The position numbers and the translations under genes are program-made. Source: the human T2T-CHM13v2.0 reference genome, Homo sapiens. Taken from it: DNA of 64,000 bases. Positions 33,064 to 48,650 of this stretch are shown here, in pieces. The stretch is from NCBI RefSeq assembly GCF_009914755.1, contig NC_060935.1; one strand, written 5' to 3'. The notes under the pieces were generated by a model, which worked only from the letters and a program-made list of their open reading frames with translations, did no database searches and was not told where the DNA came from. Position 1 is the first letter of the stretch. Every line of letters begins with the position of its first letter.

Positions 33064-34692
33064 ATAGCATTGGACTTAAACTTGACTTTAAACAAATGGA
33101 CCTAACAAACATTTACAGAACATTCTACCCAACAACTGCAGAATATATATTCTTTTCATCAGCACATGGAACATTCTCAAAGATAGACCATATTGTGTTA
33201 GGGCACAAAACAAGTCTCAACAAATTTTAAAAAGTCAAAATAATATCAAGTATCTTGTCAGACCACAGTGGAATTAAACTAAAATTCAATACCAAGAGGA
33301 GCTTTGGAAATGATACAAACACATGGAAATTAAACAACATGGTTCTGAATGTCTGTTGGATCAAAAAAGAACTTAAGACAGAAATTTAAAAAAAACTGTT
33401 TGAAACAAATGAAAACTGGAAACACAACATAACAAAACCTATGGTATACAGAAAAAGTAGTGCTAAGAGAGAAGTTGATAGCAATAAATGCCTACCTCAA
33501 AAATGTAGAAAGATTACAAATTAACAATTAAAGGATGAACTCAAGCAACTTGAAAAGCAAGAACAAACGAAACAGTAGCAGAAGAGAGAACAAAGATCAG
33601 AGCAAAACTAAATTAAATAGAGACTAAAATAACAATACAAAGGATTAACAAAACAAAAAGTTGGTTCTTTGAAAAGATAAATAAAATTGACAAATGGCTA
33701 GCTAGACTAACCAAGAAGAGAGAAGACCCAAATAAACAAAATCAGAAATGAAAAAGAAGACGTTACAACTGATAGCACAGAAATACAAATGGTCATCAGA
33801 GACCATTATGAACAATTATACACTCACAAACTAGAAAACATAGAGGAAATAGATAAATTCCTGGAAACATACAACCTACCAAGATTGAACCAGGAAGAAA
33901 TAGAAAACCTGAACAGACTAATAACGAGTAGCAAGATTGATTCCATAATAAAAATCTCCCCCACCCCAACACCACCAAAAAAAAAGCCCAGGACTGGATG
34001 GTTTCACAGCCAAATTCTACCCAGTTCTACATACAAAGGAGAGCTAATACCAAGCCTCCTGAAACTATTCCAAAAAATTGAGAAGAATGGATTCTCCCTA
34101 ACTCATTCTATGAGGCCAATATCACCCTAATACCAAAATGAGACAAGGACCCAACAAAAACAGAAAACTGCAGATAAATATTCCTGATGAACATAGATTC
34201 AAAAATCTTCAACAGAATACTAGCAAACAGAATCCAACAGCACATCAAAAAGGTAATAAACCATGATAAAATCAGTTTTAAACCAGGGATGCAAGGATGG
34301 TTCAACATATGCAAATCAATAAATGTGATACATCACATCAACAAAATGAAAGACAAAAACCATATGCAGAAAAAGCATTTGATAAAATCCAACATCCCTT
34401 CATGATAAAAACACTCAACAAACTAGGCATAGAAGGAACATACCTCAAAACAATAAATGCCATGCACAAAAATCCCACAGCTAATATTATACTGAATGGG
34501 AAAAAGTTAAAAGCAATCCCCCAAAGAACAGGAACAAGACAAGAATGCCCATTTTCACCCGTCCTATTCAACATAGTACTGGAAGTCGTAGCCAGAGCAA
34601 TGAGGTAAGGGAAAGAAATAAAAAGCATCCATATTGGAAAAGAGGAAGTCACTTATCTCTGTTCACTGATATATATATGTATATATATTCAG

Positions 34693-34972
34693 GGATGGGG
34701 TCTCACTCTGTCATCCAGGCTGGAGTGCCATGGTGTAATCATAGCTCACTGCAGCCTTGGCCTACTGTGCTCAAGGGAATCTCCCATCTTATCCTCCCAA
34801 GTTGCTAGGACTACAAACATGTGCCACCACACTGAATAATGTTTTTGTCTTTTGTAAAAACGGGCTTTTGCTATGTTGTCCAGGCAGGTCTCAAACTCCT
34901 GGCCTCAAGTGATCATCCTGCCTTGGCCTCCCAAAGTGCCGGGATTACAGGCATGCATCACCATGACTGACT
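34693..34972 (-). mobile_element. AluJ in L1 ORF2
   Basis: Diverged antisense dimer; L1 resumes either side. Confidence 0.9.
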
Positions 34973-35494
34973 CCCAATATAATCTTATGTCTAGAAAAAT
35001 CTAAAGACTCCACCAGAAAACTCTTAGATTTGTTAAATGAATTCTGTAAAGTTGCAGGATACAAAATCAATGCACAAAAATCAGTAGCATTTCTATACAC
35101 TAATAACAGTCTAACTGAGAAAGGAATCAAGAAGGCAATCCCATTTATAATAGCTTTAAAAAACACATAGGAGTAAACGTAACCAAGGAGGTGAAAAAGC
35201 TGTACAAGAAAAACTACAAAACACTGATGAAACCAATTGAAGATGACACAAGCAAATGGAAAAGCATCACAGGCTCATGGATCAAAAGAATTAATATCTT
35301 TAAAATGACCATACTTCTCAAAACAATCTACAGATTCAGTGCTGTCCCTATCAAAGCACCAACTCACTTTTCACAGAATTGAGAAAAACAATCCTAAAAT
35401 TCATATGGAACCAAAAAAGAGTCCAAATAGCCAAAGCAATCCTTAACAGGAAGAACAAAACTGGAGACATCACATTACCTGACTTCAAATGATA

Positions 35495-35576
35495 TTATAG
35501 GTTGGTGCAAAAGTAATTGCCATTTTTGCTGTTACTTTTAGTGGAAAAGACAGCAATTACTTTTGCACTAACCTAA
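35495..35576. mobile_element. MADE1 (Hsmar1-derived MITE)
   Basis: ~80-bp palindrome TAGGTTGGTGCAAAAGTAATTGC...GCAATTACTTTTGCACTAACCTAA, flanked by TA, inside L1 ORF2. Confidence 0.92.
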
Positions 35577-36164
35577 TACAAGGCTACAGTAACCGAAACA
35601 GCATAGAACCGGTATAAAAACAGATACATAAATCAACGTAATAGAGGAGAGGAGCCAGAAATAAAGCATATACATATAGCTAACTGATCTTTAGCAAAGC
35701 TGATAAGACCATATATTGTGGAAAGGACATCCTCTTCAATAAATAGTGCTAGCAAAATTGGAGAGCCGTATGTAGAAAAATGAAATTGGACCCCTATCTC
35801 CCATCATACACAAAAATCAACCCATCATGGATTAAAGACTTAAACATAAGACCTAAAACTGTAAAAATACTAGAAGAAAACCTAGGAGAAACTTTACTGG
35901 ATATTGGTCTAGGCAAAGAATGTATGACTAAGATCACAAAAGCACAGGCAACAAAAACAAAAATAGACAAATGGGACTTAATTAAGCTAAAAAGCTTTGC
36001 ACAGTAAAAGAAATAATCAACAGAGTGAAGAGATAAGCTGTTGAATGGGAGAAATTACTTGCAAACTATTCATCCAACAAGGGACTAATATCCAAAATAC
36101 ACAAGGGAGTCCAACAATTCAACAACAACAAAAAATAAGTAATCTGATTAAAAAGTGGGCAAAG

Positions 36165-36450
36165 GGCTGGGCGTGGTGGTTCATGCCTGTAATCCCAGCA
36201 CTTTGGGAGGCAAGGCAGGAAGATTGCTTGAGCCCAGGAGCTTGACATTAGCATGCGCAACATGGTGAAACCCATCTCTTCAAAAAATTAGCCAGACGTG
36301 GTGGTGTGCACCTGTAGTCCCCAGCTACTTGGGAGGCTAAGGTGAGAGGATCACTTGAGCCCACAGGTCAAGGCTGTAGTGCACTCCAGCCTGGGCAACA
36401 GAGTGAGACCCTGTCTCAAAAAAAAAAAGAAAAAGAAAAAGAAAAAAGAA
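36165..36450 (+). mobile_element. AluJ in L1 ORF2
   Basis: Diverged dimer with A-rich tail. Confidence 0.9.
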
Positions 36451-38355
36451 CTTGGAAAAGGACATGAATAGAGATTTTTTAGAAGAAGACATACAGATGT
36501 CCAACAGGTATATTAAAAAATGCTCAATATCACTAATCATCAGAGAAGTACAAATCAAAACTACAGTAAGATATTATTTTACCCCACTCAGAATGGCTAC
36601 TATGAAAAAGACAAAATAATAACAGATACTGGCAAGGATTCAGAGAAAGGAGAACTCTTATACACTGTTGTCAGGAATGTAAATTAGTATAGCCTCTAAG
36701 GAAAGCAGTATGGAGATTTCGCAAATAACTAAAAATAGAATGACCATTCAGTCCAGCAATCTCTCTACTAGGTATCTACCCAAGGGAAAATAAATCAATA
36801 CATCAAAAGATACATTCATTTTTATGTTGTTTGCAGCACCATTCACAATAGCAAAGATATTGAATCAACCTAAGTATCTGTCCAATGGATGAATGAATAA
36901 GGAAAATGTGGGATGTATACACAATGGAATACAATTCAGCCATAATACAGAATGAAGTCGTGTCTTTTCCAGCAACATGGATGAAACAGGAGGCCATTAT
37001 CTTAAGTGAAACAAGCCAGGCACAGAAAGACATGTAGTGCTTGTTTTCATTCATAAGTGGGTGCTGAAAAAATGTGTTTAAATGGACATAGACGTGGAAT
37101 GATAGATAATGGAGACTCAGAAGAGTGAGGAGAGGTGGGAGAAAGGAGAATAATGAGAAATTGGTTAAAGGCTAAAATGTGCAGTATTTGGGTGATGGAC
37201 ACCCTAAAAGCCCTGACTTGATCACCAATCCACACATGTAACAAAATTGTACATGTACTCCATAAATTTGTACAAATATAAAAGAAAAAGAAGAAATTCA
37301 AAGTATTGGGCCCCATTCCAGGTCTACAAATCAGAAGTTACATTTTTAAGAGATCACCAGAATAATTCGTAGGTACATTAAAATTTGAGAACACTGCTCT
37401 AGACAACTGAGGTAGTACTATTAGCCACAAAGCACAGCAGATATTAGAATTGAAAAGAATTAACAAAGTTCAAGTTCTCCAGTAGATTTGGGGAATTTCT
37501 TGAAGAAGGAGCTGTCACTTATTACACAAGTTTGAAAGTGAAGTTCCATCCATTTGTGCCTGCAGGTATGGGTGTGTTCTGTGTATTTCCATTTTACTAG
37601 ATTCTCTGTGCTCATGTTTTATTTGTATTCATGTTTATCGAAGTCAAAGGAATAATGTTGAAAGATTTTAAATCCTTGCATCACATAGCAATTTTGGGGT
37701 GTTTCTTTTTTTAATTCTAAAGGCTTTATTTGATTAACTTATATATTCTTAAATTTTGGTTTTATGGGTTAAAGAAGCTCTTTCCATAGGTGTGAATTAG
37801 CAATGAAGGAAGACTTAAATAGCCATGTCAAAATAGGCAGAGGTGGTTTCTCCTTTTATATTTAAATCATAAAGCAAAACTCCACAGCAAAACTTACTTC
37901 TCTGACTAGTTTTAATCCATAAACGTCACTAAAAAGTCAATTTGATGTCACATTATGGAACACAATGCCATTTATTTTATTCCTATTTTAGAAACTATTG
38001 GATCCTCTTTTTTATACTTTGTTCAGGATTCATTACATCATCTTATCAACTTTTAGTATAGGACAGTGGTTTATTTTTAACATAAAACAGTGGTACACAC
38101 ATTCCAAAAGCAACAGATCAAACATTTTTGCCAATTATTTGGTCTTTAATATTTGTTTACACGTATTTCCTTAAGAGCTTTTATTATTTCTTCTTGTTTC
38201 AATGTATTTTCCTTATTAAAAGATAAATACGTAGTATTTAATTCCCCCTATTTCTCAGTAATTTAAAGTAATGTTTCATTACTTCTAAGCAGTTTGATAC
38301 AAGACTTTGCCATTTTGGAAACATTGCTAATTGTGGCTCTCTCCTATCTGTCCAG

Positions 38356-38442
38356 GAGCAAGAACCACCTGAGAAAAGTGATCCTAAACAAGAAGAGTCT
38401 CAGATATCTGGGAAGGAGGAAGAGACATCAGTCACCATCTTA
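38356..38442 (+). CDS. SPA17: SPA17 exon 4
   Basis: TCCAG| acceptor, TTA|GTATGT donor; 87 nt; EQEPPEKSDPKQEESQISGKEEETSVTIL. Confidence 0.93.
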
Positions 38443-38958
38443 GTATGTAATATTTTTCATGTACTATTGGATTCCTACAAAGAATGATATTGCCCAATTT
38501 AAAACTGAACTCCAAATATGAATGTCTGTTATCTTTATTGTCAAAATTATGACTTTACTTTCCAGATAATTAACATCAGTGATAAACTAACTGGTAGATA
38601 ATTTTCAGCCATGCCTCTCTTGATCAAAAATTCATTTTTCCTTTAAAAATGAAATCTTATTTTTCAAGATTGTTAATGGATGGAAAAATCTCCCTATGGG
38701 GAAGGGCAGACAGAACTCACAGACCCAGTCATGATCCTTCAGATTCATCTTCCACTTTGGGAATTTTTCACTAATTGGTGCTGTCACCACTACACAATGG
38801 CAAATTTCAGAGATAACAAAAGGAAAATCACAGGGAATTACATACAGCCAAAATAATGGCTTTACAACAATGTGGCTTATTCATCTTCCATGCATAACGC
38901 TCTACAAAAATGCCTTCGTGCCTGATGTACTACATCCAAGCAGTCAAGACATAGCGGA

Positions 38959-39304
<346 letters not shown>

Positions 39305-40962
39305 TTAATAACTTGAAGTCAGCCACAATGAGAATATTAAGACCATGGCAAACACTGCAAATCAGGGCTTTGTTTCTTCTGGAGAGCCAGTTGTTAAAAC
39401 ACTTACCAGTACATCATTGTCTATATTCTTCATACTCCAGACTCTTGTGGACTAGGCCTCATAAGAAAGAAGAACTCACTCTCTAAAATGTCGAAGTTCA
39501 AACTTCTGAGTTCCTTTTTATGTCTCAGGTCCCAGGTAGTTGCCCAAGAACTGGCAGCCAGAATGGATATCCCCTCAAGGAATACCCTACTTCCTACCTA
39601 GTGATGCATTGCTTTTCCCTATAAGATTTACAGGTTGTTCCACAATTGCCATTGGGTTGTACTGAAATAACATTACATTAGGATATAACAGGAAGATTAA
39701 CATTAAGATGTAACAGGAAGTCAAGGAAGAAGGGAGTTTTATTTCCTTACATCTTTCATAGGTGCTTTTACACAGGTTTTCATGAGTTTGAGTAGGGATC
39801 TCATTGATTTCCAACTTGAGTGTATTTGTTTGCTATATTAGGATGTCATCTCGAAGAATTTTATACCATTCTGTTTGCATTTAAAAGTTTAAGAGCTAGA
39901 TTTGTCTCATTATTTATAATAGGGGGATAGGAGGCTTGAGCAACCCAAAGGTCCATTAATATGAGATTGAGTAAATATTAAATCAAGGTACATCAGTATA
40001 ATATAATGATGTCATAAAAAAAGAATGGGGAGAGTTATACACTGACTAATAATACAGAAAAAGAGAACCAAGATATATCGTTACATGGAAAAAGTAGCTG
40101 CAGAACTCTGTGATTAGGATGATCTCATTTTTAAAATAAAAAGACATATATATATATATATACCCATATGAATATATTTGCATATAGAGAAATTTTGGAA
40201 GGATGTAGATACTCAACTCATAATAATGGGTATCTCCCAAGAGCAGGATTTGGATAGGTGGAGAAAACTATCACTGCCAGTGACATTTGAGTTTTTAAAG
40301 TGTATACATGTCATTTCTATAATTTTAAAAGATATATTAAAAGCTGTATATTCAATTGTACGCTGAAGATTCATGCATTTTACTGTCTGTAAATTTATAG
40401 CTAAAAATTTATACCCAATTTTTTTAAAAGAGGGTATGTGCCAAAGTTCAACCAACCCTGTTAAAACTGACATTATTGGACTAAATGGATTTCTCTTTGG
40501 CACCTCACTTTAAATGTATGACGATGATTAACTAATCATTGAGAAATTGAGAAGTTATTCTAATTCATTATATGTAATTGTGATTATTTTGAAACATAAC
40601 ATTTACAGTTCTTTCTTCTTAACATTTTTACCATGCCTCAAGGATTCTTTCTTGTCCCCCCAACCCCCCAAAAAATGTTGTTGCTCAGGAAACTTAAATA
40701 GGCACTATTTTAGGGGAAAGAAAGTTGGCAATGATCTTTTGTTGCAGAGACATATTAAAAGAGTGACAAAACAAAATGCCTGCTATTTTGGCATTTGCCA
40801 TTTGGTACATATACAATGTGACAATATATGAAATTCCCTCAGGAAGCAACAGCTCTCAGATAGTTGCATCCCTAAAATGATTAAATTTCATCCATTTATT
40901 TTTGTGGCATCAAAACTACGCCATATTTAAAGAGTCTCTTACTTTTTCTCCTTTCGATGAAG

Positions 40963-41106
40963 GACTCTTCTGAGGAAGATAAGGAAAAAGAAGAGGTTGC
41001 TGCTGTCAAAATCCAAGCTGCCTTCCGGGGACACATAGCCAGAGAGGAGGCAAAGAAAATGAAAACAAATAGTCTTCAAAATGAGGAAAAAGAGGAAAAC
41101 AAGTGA
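40963..41106 (+). CDS. SPA17: SPA17 exon 5 coding part (IQ calmodulin-binding motif, stop)
   Basis: DSSEEDKEKEEVAAVKIQAAFRGHIAREEAKKMKTNSLQNEEKEENK*; IQxxxRG motif; TGA at 41104-41106. Total CDS 154+71+87+144=456 nt = 151 aa. Confidence 0.96.
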   Translation, partial: DSSEEDKEKEEVAAVKIQAAFRGHIAREEAKKMKTNSLQNEEKEENK

Positions 41107-41423
41107 GGACACTGGTTTTACCTCCAGGAAACATGAAAAATAATCCAAATCCATCAACCTTCTTATTAATGTCATTTCTTCCTGAGGAAGGAAGATTTGA
41201 TGTTGTGAAATAACATTCGTTACTGTTGTGAAAATCTGTCATGAGCATTTGTTTAATAAGCATACCATTGAAACATGCCACTTGAAGATTTCTCTGAGAT
41301 CATGAGTTTGTTTACACTTGTCTCAAGCCTATCTATAGAGACCCTTGGATTTAGAATTATAGAACTAAAGTATCTGAGATTACAGAGATCTCAGAGGTTA
41401 TGTGTTCTAACTATTATCAAATG

Positions 41424-41429
41424 AATAAA
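41424..41429 (+). terminator. Candidate SPA17 polyadenylation signal AATAAA
   Basis: First AATAAA I found after the stop (~320 nt downstream); longer 3' UTRs not excluded. Confidence 0.55.
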
Positions 41430-41570
41430 TCCTCTCTATCACATCCCCCAAAAATGTTCTTTAGCTCCTGTTTCACTCCTAGTGGTAAAGAATTTCACTG
41501 CTTTTTAAGGATAGTCTATTTAATTTTGGAATTTTTAGAAAGATAAGCTGGGACAAAAATCTGCCTCCTT

Positions 41571-41810
<240 letters not shown>

Positions 41811-44800
41811 TTAACCCACTGGTTTTCATTTATCATACATGTATTCAATCATTTATTGAAAATGTATTGAGTACTATTCATGTGCTGGGAATTAGTAGTG
41901 AATACTTGTTCTTACACTCATACAACTTACAATGCTTTATTGTTTTGCTCTCCAGAACCACACAGAACAAGACTAATAACATCATATTGTAAAAAGCAAA
42001 AGCTATCATATCATGCTGCCTTCTTCAGTTAAAACTTCCCAAGTTTTTAAATATACAATGGTAATGCCTGTTTAACAAACTCAGAGGCTTTATCTCTTTT
42101 ATGTTTTCAATGATTCATTCAAATCCCTAGTGCCTTAGTTTTAGAAAGTTCCGTCTCTCCTTTTTGAGGCCTCTCCACCCTTGATTGTCCAAGAAACTGA
42201 GGGTTCATGTCTTAGACCAAAGGGTGCAGTTCTCTTCCCAATACAAAAGGTAGAAAGTGGAGTCTTACCATTTAGTTAATGCTGTTGCCTTCTACCATAA
42301 TGTTGTAGCATAGTCCAGCAGACTGAGGTGATTCTCTGGCTGGTTCCAATTCCTGCCTGCACCATAGTGGATGGCCCATGATTTAGTTCCAGGATTACAT
42401 CTCTCTTGGTTTATAGTCACAAAGCCAGTGTTCCCCCAAAGCTTAAAAACAAGCCAGGATGGCTCAGTCCTGAGGAGATTCTAAAACCAGGTCTATGTTG
42501 TCACAACAAATACTCTCCTACAAACACTTTGATCCTTGTCCTAGGCTTAGACATGCTCTTTCTGCAAAGCAGTTTTATTTCAGGTGCCTCACTGCCCTTC
42601 CCTGGCACTGAGCCTTTATCAGGCTCTGCAACAGAGGTTCCCCCAAGTGATCGCCACTCAAACACAGTTGATTCACACCAACCCTTTCAAGGTTGTGGCT
42701 TTCATTCTCTAATGTCCACTCATACAGGCAGCCTTTCTCCTTCCAAAATCTTGCTGCCACTGTAGAGAGTTTCATGCTAGCTAAACACAAGTCTCTAATA
42801 TCCCCCTTCCTCTCCTCCTTAACCCCTCTCCTCCAGGCTTACAGAGGAAAAGAAATCAGTTCTCCTCCAGGATTCCAGCTGTTCGTCCCTCCCATTCCAC
42901 TGAAAGCACCAGCTTCTAACACCTTCCCCTCTCAGACAGAGCCATCCTGCTTAGCGGATTGTCAAGGGGGGACCCAGAATTTATGCAAAGACTTAGATTC
43001 CCTGACCTGGAGAGATCAGAAGAGGAAAAAAGGGATTTTTTCCCTAGTGAGTATATAGCAGGAAAAAAAAAAAAGATGAGTTAGCTTTTTCAGTAATTCT
43101 CCTGTTATACACATAAAGTGACTAGCACTATGCATTCCATACACACACACACACACACACAGATCTCATGGTAGTGATATTTGTAGTGAAGGAGGAAAAG
43201 GAAAAGGTGAGCAATGGATGTGATATTATGAGAACAACACATATGAATGACACTTTATTAGAACTTATCTGGTTTTCCTCTTATCTCTCTGGCTGTTCCT
43301 TCTCAATTCCCTTCACTGGTAACTCTTCAACTCCCCAACCACTAAATGCTAAGTGCCCTTAGGCTCAGTCTTTCGACCCCATTTCTACACTCACTTGATT
43401 TCCTGCAGTTTCATAGCTTTAAAATCCAATCTTCTTAATGATCACTCCCAGACCTTTCTCTCCTCTGCCTGCGAACTTCTATATTCAACTGCCTACATAA
43501 CATCCCCATTTGGATGTCTATAGGCATCTCAAAAGTAACATATAAAAAATGAATCCTGATATTGCCCCCAAATCTGAAACTTCCCCCACACCCAAGTTTT
43601 TCCATTCAAAAATGGCTGCTCCATTCTTCCATTTGCTCAGGCCAAAAACCTTGGATTCATCTTTAATGCGTCACTTTCTTTCACACCCCATATACAATCT
43701 ATCAGCAAAACCTGTGGGCTGTACCTATAAAATAATACTCAGAATCTGCCTACTTCTAACCACTTCCATTGTTACCGCCTTGGTCCTAGTTCCCATGATA
43801 GCCTTGTGAATTATTGCAATAACCTATATTGGCCAGTGATTATCTCACTACTACTGCACAACCCATTCCAAAGTTAGTGGTTTAAGACAATTATATTTTC
43901 TCCTGGGTCTGTAGGTCAGTGGTAATGTAGCTAAGCTAGGCTGGACTACAATCTCAAGGTTAGGTTCAGGTCAGCTCTAAGCTGTGGGTTTGTGGGCTGA
44001 CAGGAAGGTCTGCTTCAGGCTGTGGGCCCAAGGGTCAGCTGCAGCACAGTGCCTCTGCTTCACGTGTCCTTTTCTGAGCCCCTGCTGAAAGACGTTATCC
44101 AGGACAAGCTCTTCTCATGCTGGTCACAGAAGACAAGCAGGAAAACCCAGCATGCAAGAATATTTCAAGCTTTTGCTCATATCACTTCCACTGACATCCC
44201 ATATACAAAAGAAAGTCATCTAATGAAGCCCAAAGTGAGGAGGATGAGGAAATACACTGTTCACCAATAGCAAAGGCTTCATGTGTGCATAATACTACTA
44301 CAGGGTAGTGAAGAATTGCGACCAGTAATTTAATCTACCACGATCTGCTTTCTTGATTATAATTATGTCTTTACCACATGCAAAAATTGACCCACTCCTA
44401 TCCCAAAACCCCTAAAAGTTCCATCACATCTTTGAAATCCAGGATCTCATGATCTACATCAGGTCCAGATATAGCCCTTCTTGATATAGAGACCTATGAA
44501 TTAAAAGAGCAAGCATCTTTTTATCACATACCAAACATACAACAAATGATGGAATAGAGACAATAATAACCACAAAAAAATACTCTTATTCACAAAGGGG
44601 AGAAATGGAAGCAGATCACAGCCACTGGTCCATAACAATTAGGAAAACTCATTGGACAATGGTTGTCAGGTTCCTCCATTGGAGGGAATTGTGTTTCATG
44701 ATTAGGCACTGTTTCTGCTCCTTAAAAATGACTTTCCAGTCTATCCTCCACAGCTCTTTGTTCTACACTCTAGGGAATCATTCTTTTTCCCTCATCTTCC

Positions 44801-45173
44801 TTAGTCACTTGCAAAGGACATTAGAGAATATGCCCTTTTTGGTGGATAAATGGGTTCTTCAACCTGCTTTCTGCCTGTAGAAAATTAGAGGCCAATAATC
44901 TGTTTATATCTTGTAGAATGTCTATTTTAGCTGGTACCGGTACTTTTGTCAATAAAGTTCTTTTTTAAACTTTGTGGACTTCCTATGAATTTGACTATAG
45001 TCAACTCCACGTGCCAAAAGGTGTGGTGCACTCGCAATTTCTTTCAAGATTTGCCTCCCTTTATCTCTCTGTTTCCAATTCTGTTAAGAGTGAAAAATTG
45101 GAACCAATATTTCAATATATAGATATCATAACTGCCGAGCATTCACTATCCCTTCTTCTCCCAGCTTCCACCT

Positions 45174-45833
45174 TGTGTTACTCAGGGTCTCCAGAGAAAC
45201 AGAGCCAATAGAATATATATAGATATATGACTAGGAATTTATTATGGGAATTGGCTCATGCACTTATGGAGGTTGAGAGAGCCCACAATATGCTGTGTGC
45301 AAGCAGAGAACCAGAGAAGCCAGTGGTGTGATTCAGTCTGAGTCTGAAGGCCTGAGAACCATGGAAGCCAATGGTGTAGCTCTCAGTCCAAGGCAAAAGC
45401 CCTGAGAACCAGGGGGGCTGCTGGTGTGAGTCCTGAAGTCCCAAGGCCCAAGAACCAGCACCTCTGGTGTCCAAGGACAGAGAAAAATGGATGTCCCAGC
45501 TCCAAAAGAGAATTTGCCCTTCCTCTGCCTTTTAGTTGGTACTGGTACTTTTGCCAATAAAGTTCTCTTTTAAACTTTATGGACTTCCTATGAATTTGAC
45601 TATAGTCAACTCCATGTACCAAAAGGTGTGGTGCACCCTTCCCAAGATAATTTGCCCTTCCTCTGCCTTTTTGTTCTACCCAAGTCCTCAATGTCAATCT
45701 GCCCACACTGGTGAGGGCAGACCTTCTTTACTTAGTCTACCAATTCAAATACTAATCTCTTCCAGAAACATTTTATCAGCTATCTGAGCATCCCTTAACC
45801 AGTCACGTTGTCACAAAAAAATGAACCATCACA
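45174..45833 (-). mobile_element. MLT2B-like (ERVL) solo LTR containing a templated insertion
   Basis: CAGGGTCTCCAGAGAAACAGAGCCAATAG...GAATTGGCTCATG...AACCATCACA; flanks CACCT/CACCC. Confidence 0.8.
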
Positions 45834-46906
45834 CACCCTTTCCCCCTTTCAACACATCAGCCAGAGTATCCTATTATAATTTAAGTCACATCATGTCACT
45901 CCTCTGCTTAAAACCCCCAACGGCTCCTCATTTCACTCAGAGTAAAAGTCTTCCTTATGGTCACAAAGCCCTGTGGAGATCTTTCCTCCTGTTACCTCTG
46001 ACCCCCATATCACTTGTTCACTTGGCTCCAGCCACTCTGGCCTCAGAGCTCTTCCTCAGACATTCCAGGCATGCTCCTGTCTCAGGGATTTTGCATATGT
46101 CGTTCCCTCTGCCGGGAATGCTTTTCCCCAAACATTGCCCCATTCCTTCAAGTCTTTAGTCAATGAGCAAAAGTCAATAAGATCTTCCCTGAACCACCCC
46201 CCTACCAAAAACAGCTTTTAAAAAAAGCACTCCCCTTTCTCCTTGTTATGTATCTCCATAGTTCTGGACACCATCTAATATATCTTGTTTACAGCCTGCT
46301 TCCCTCAGTAAAATCTATGCTCCATGAAGATAGAGATTTGTTATTCTATTCACTGCCTAGCGCCTTTTTTATATGCAGTGGGAAGGAATGAATCACTTCT
46401 AGTGCCTCATACAGAAGTTGAAGGAGTCCTAGCAAATCTCCTTCCATCTAATTAGCTTTGATTGGGTAATACATCTATCCTTGAATCAATTATTGAGGTC
46501 AGGGAAAAGGAATATGCTAATAAATTTATGCATTTGACTGTCAGAACCTGTCCCTGGAGTAGGTCAGTTCTGCCCAAAAATATCTGGCTGAAAGTGAAGG
46601 AAATTTGAAGTCTCCTATAGGAAATAGAGGAATAGAGGAATGTTGTCAACTAACAAATATCCACCACAATGCTTTAATCACCACCTGGCTTCTCACTACA
46701 CTGCATTTGTGAATTATTCATCAAAACCAAAGATGAGAGAAGTATCAAGAATAAAAGGAAGAAAAATGAAACAGCATATGAGGGGTTAACAAGACATGGG
46801 AATGTGGAAATTTGGGTAGCCTGCCACATAAATTGCAATGCTAATGGTGCTTCTTGGAGCTATGCAATGCAAAAAGGAGACTCTCCCAAAAGAAAGAGCT
46901 TTGGGT

Positions 46907-46954
46907 GCACCCTTTGATAGCTCAGCTGGTAGAACAGAGGACTATAGGCTGTAT
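46907..46954 (+). pseudogene. Tailless tRNA-Tyr retropseudogene (5' exon plus intron-like bases)
   Basis: 46911-46947 matches the tRNA-Tyr(GTA) 5' exon CCTTCGATAGCTCAGCTGGTAGAGCGGAGGACTGTAG at 33/37; perfect 16-bp TSD AGAAAGAGCTTTGGGT at 46891-46906 and 46955-46970. Confidence 0.88.
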
Positions 46955-47424
46955 AGAAAGAGCTTTGGGTCTAAGAGAGTATGAAAAATCATGAGAGAGG
47001 GAGAGAGAGAGAGAGAACTTGAACTGTTTTAGAAATATATGCAAAATTTTCTCTGTGGGAAGCTAAGTGTGAGAGTTTGTCAACATGAATTTTTCATAAA
47101 ACATTCTTATGAACACTGTACCTATGGAGAAGGAATCTTCCGTCGAGATCATCAAGCAGTTCTTTTTAATAGACACAAACCCAGCATAATTTGGAGGGAA
47201 TTTTTCTCTGTTCCACTGTGATATGAAGCTCAGTCAAACAATGTCTCTGTGATTCCGAGATGAACCCAGAATAAGGTCTTGAATTATCACTGTCATTCTG
47301 CCTCTAAACTATTACATCATTCACTTTCTTTGTTCTAAAGCAAACTGAACAGTAATTTCCCCAATTCCTCAATAAAATTAGCCCAATAGTTTCTATACCT
47401 CAAAACAACTTGAGCTTTCCCTTT

Positions 47425-48650
<1,226 letters not shown>

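Noticed and set aside
33789-36007. ORFs with reverse-transcriptase-like sequence
   Set aside because: Frameshifted fragments of a dead L1 ORF2, interrupted by Alu and MADE1; not a novel RT system.
46911-46947. Possible functional tRNA-Tyr (anticodon reading ATA)
   Set aside because: No 3' half, B-box or acceptor-stem partner; it is a TSD-flanked retrocopy.
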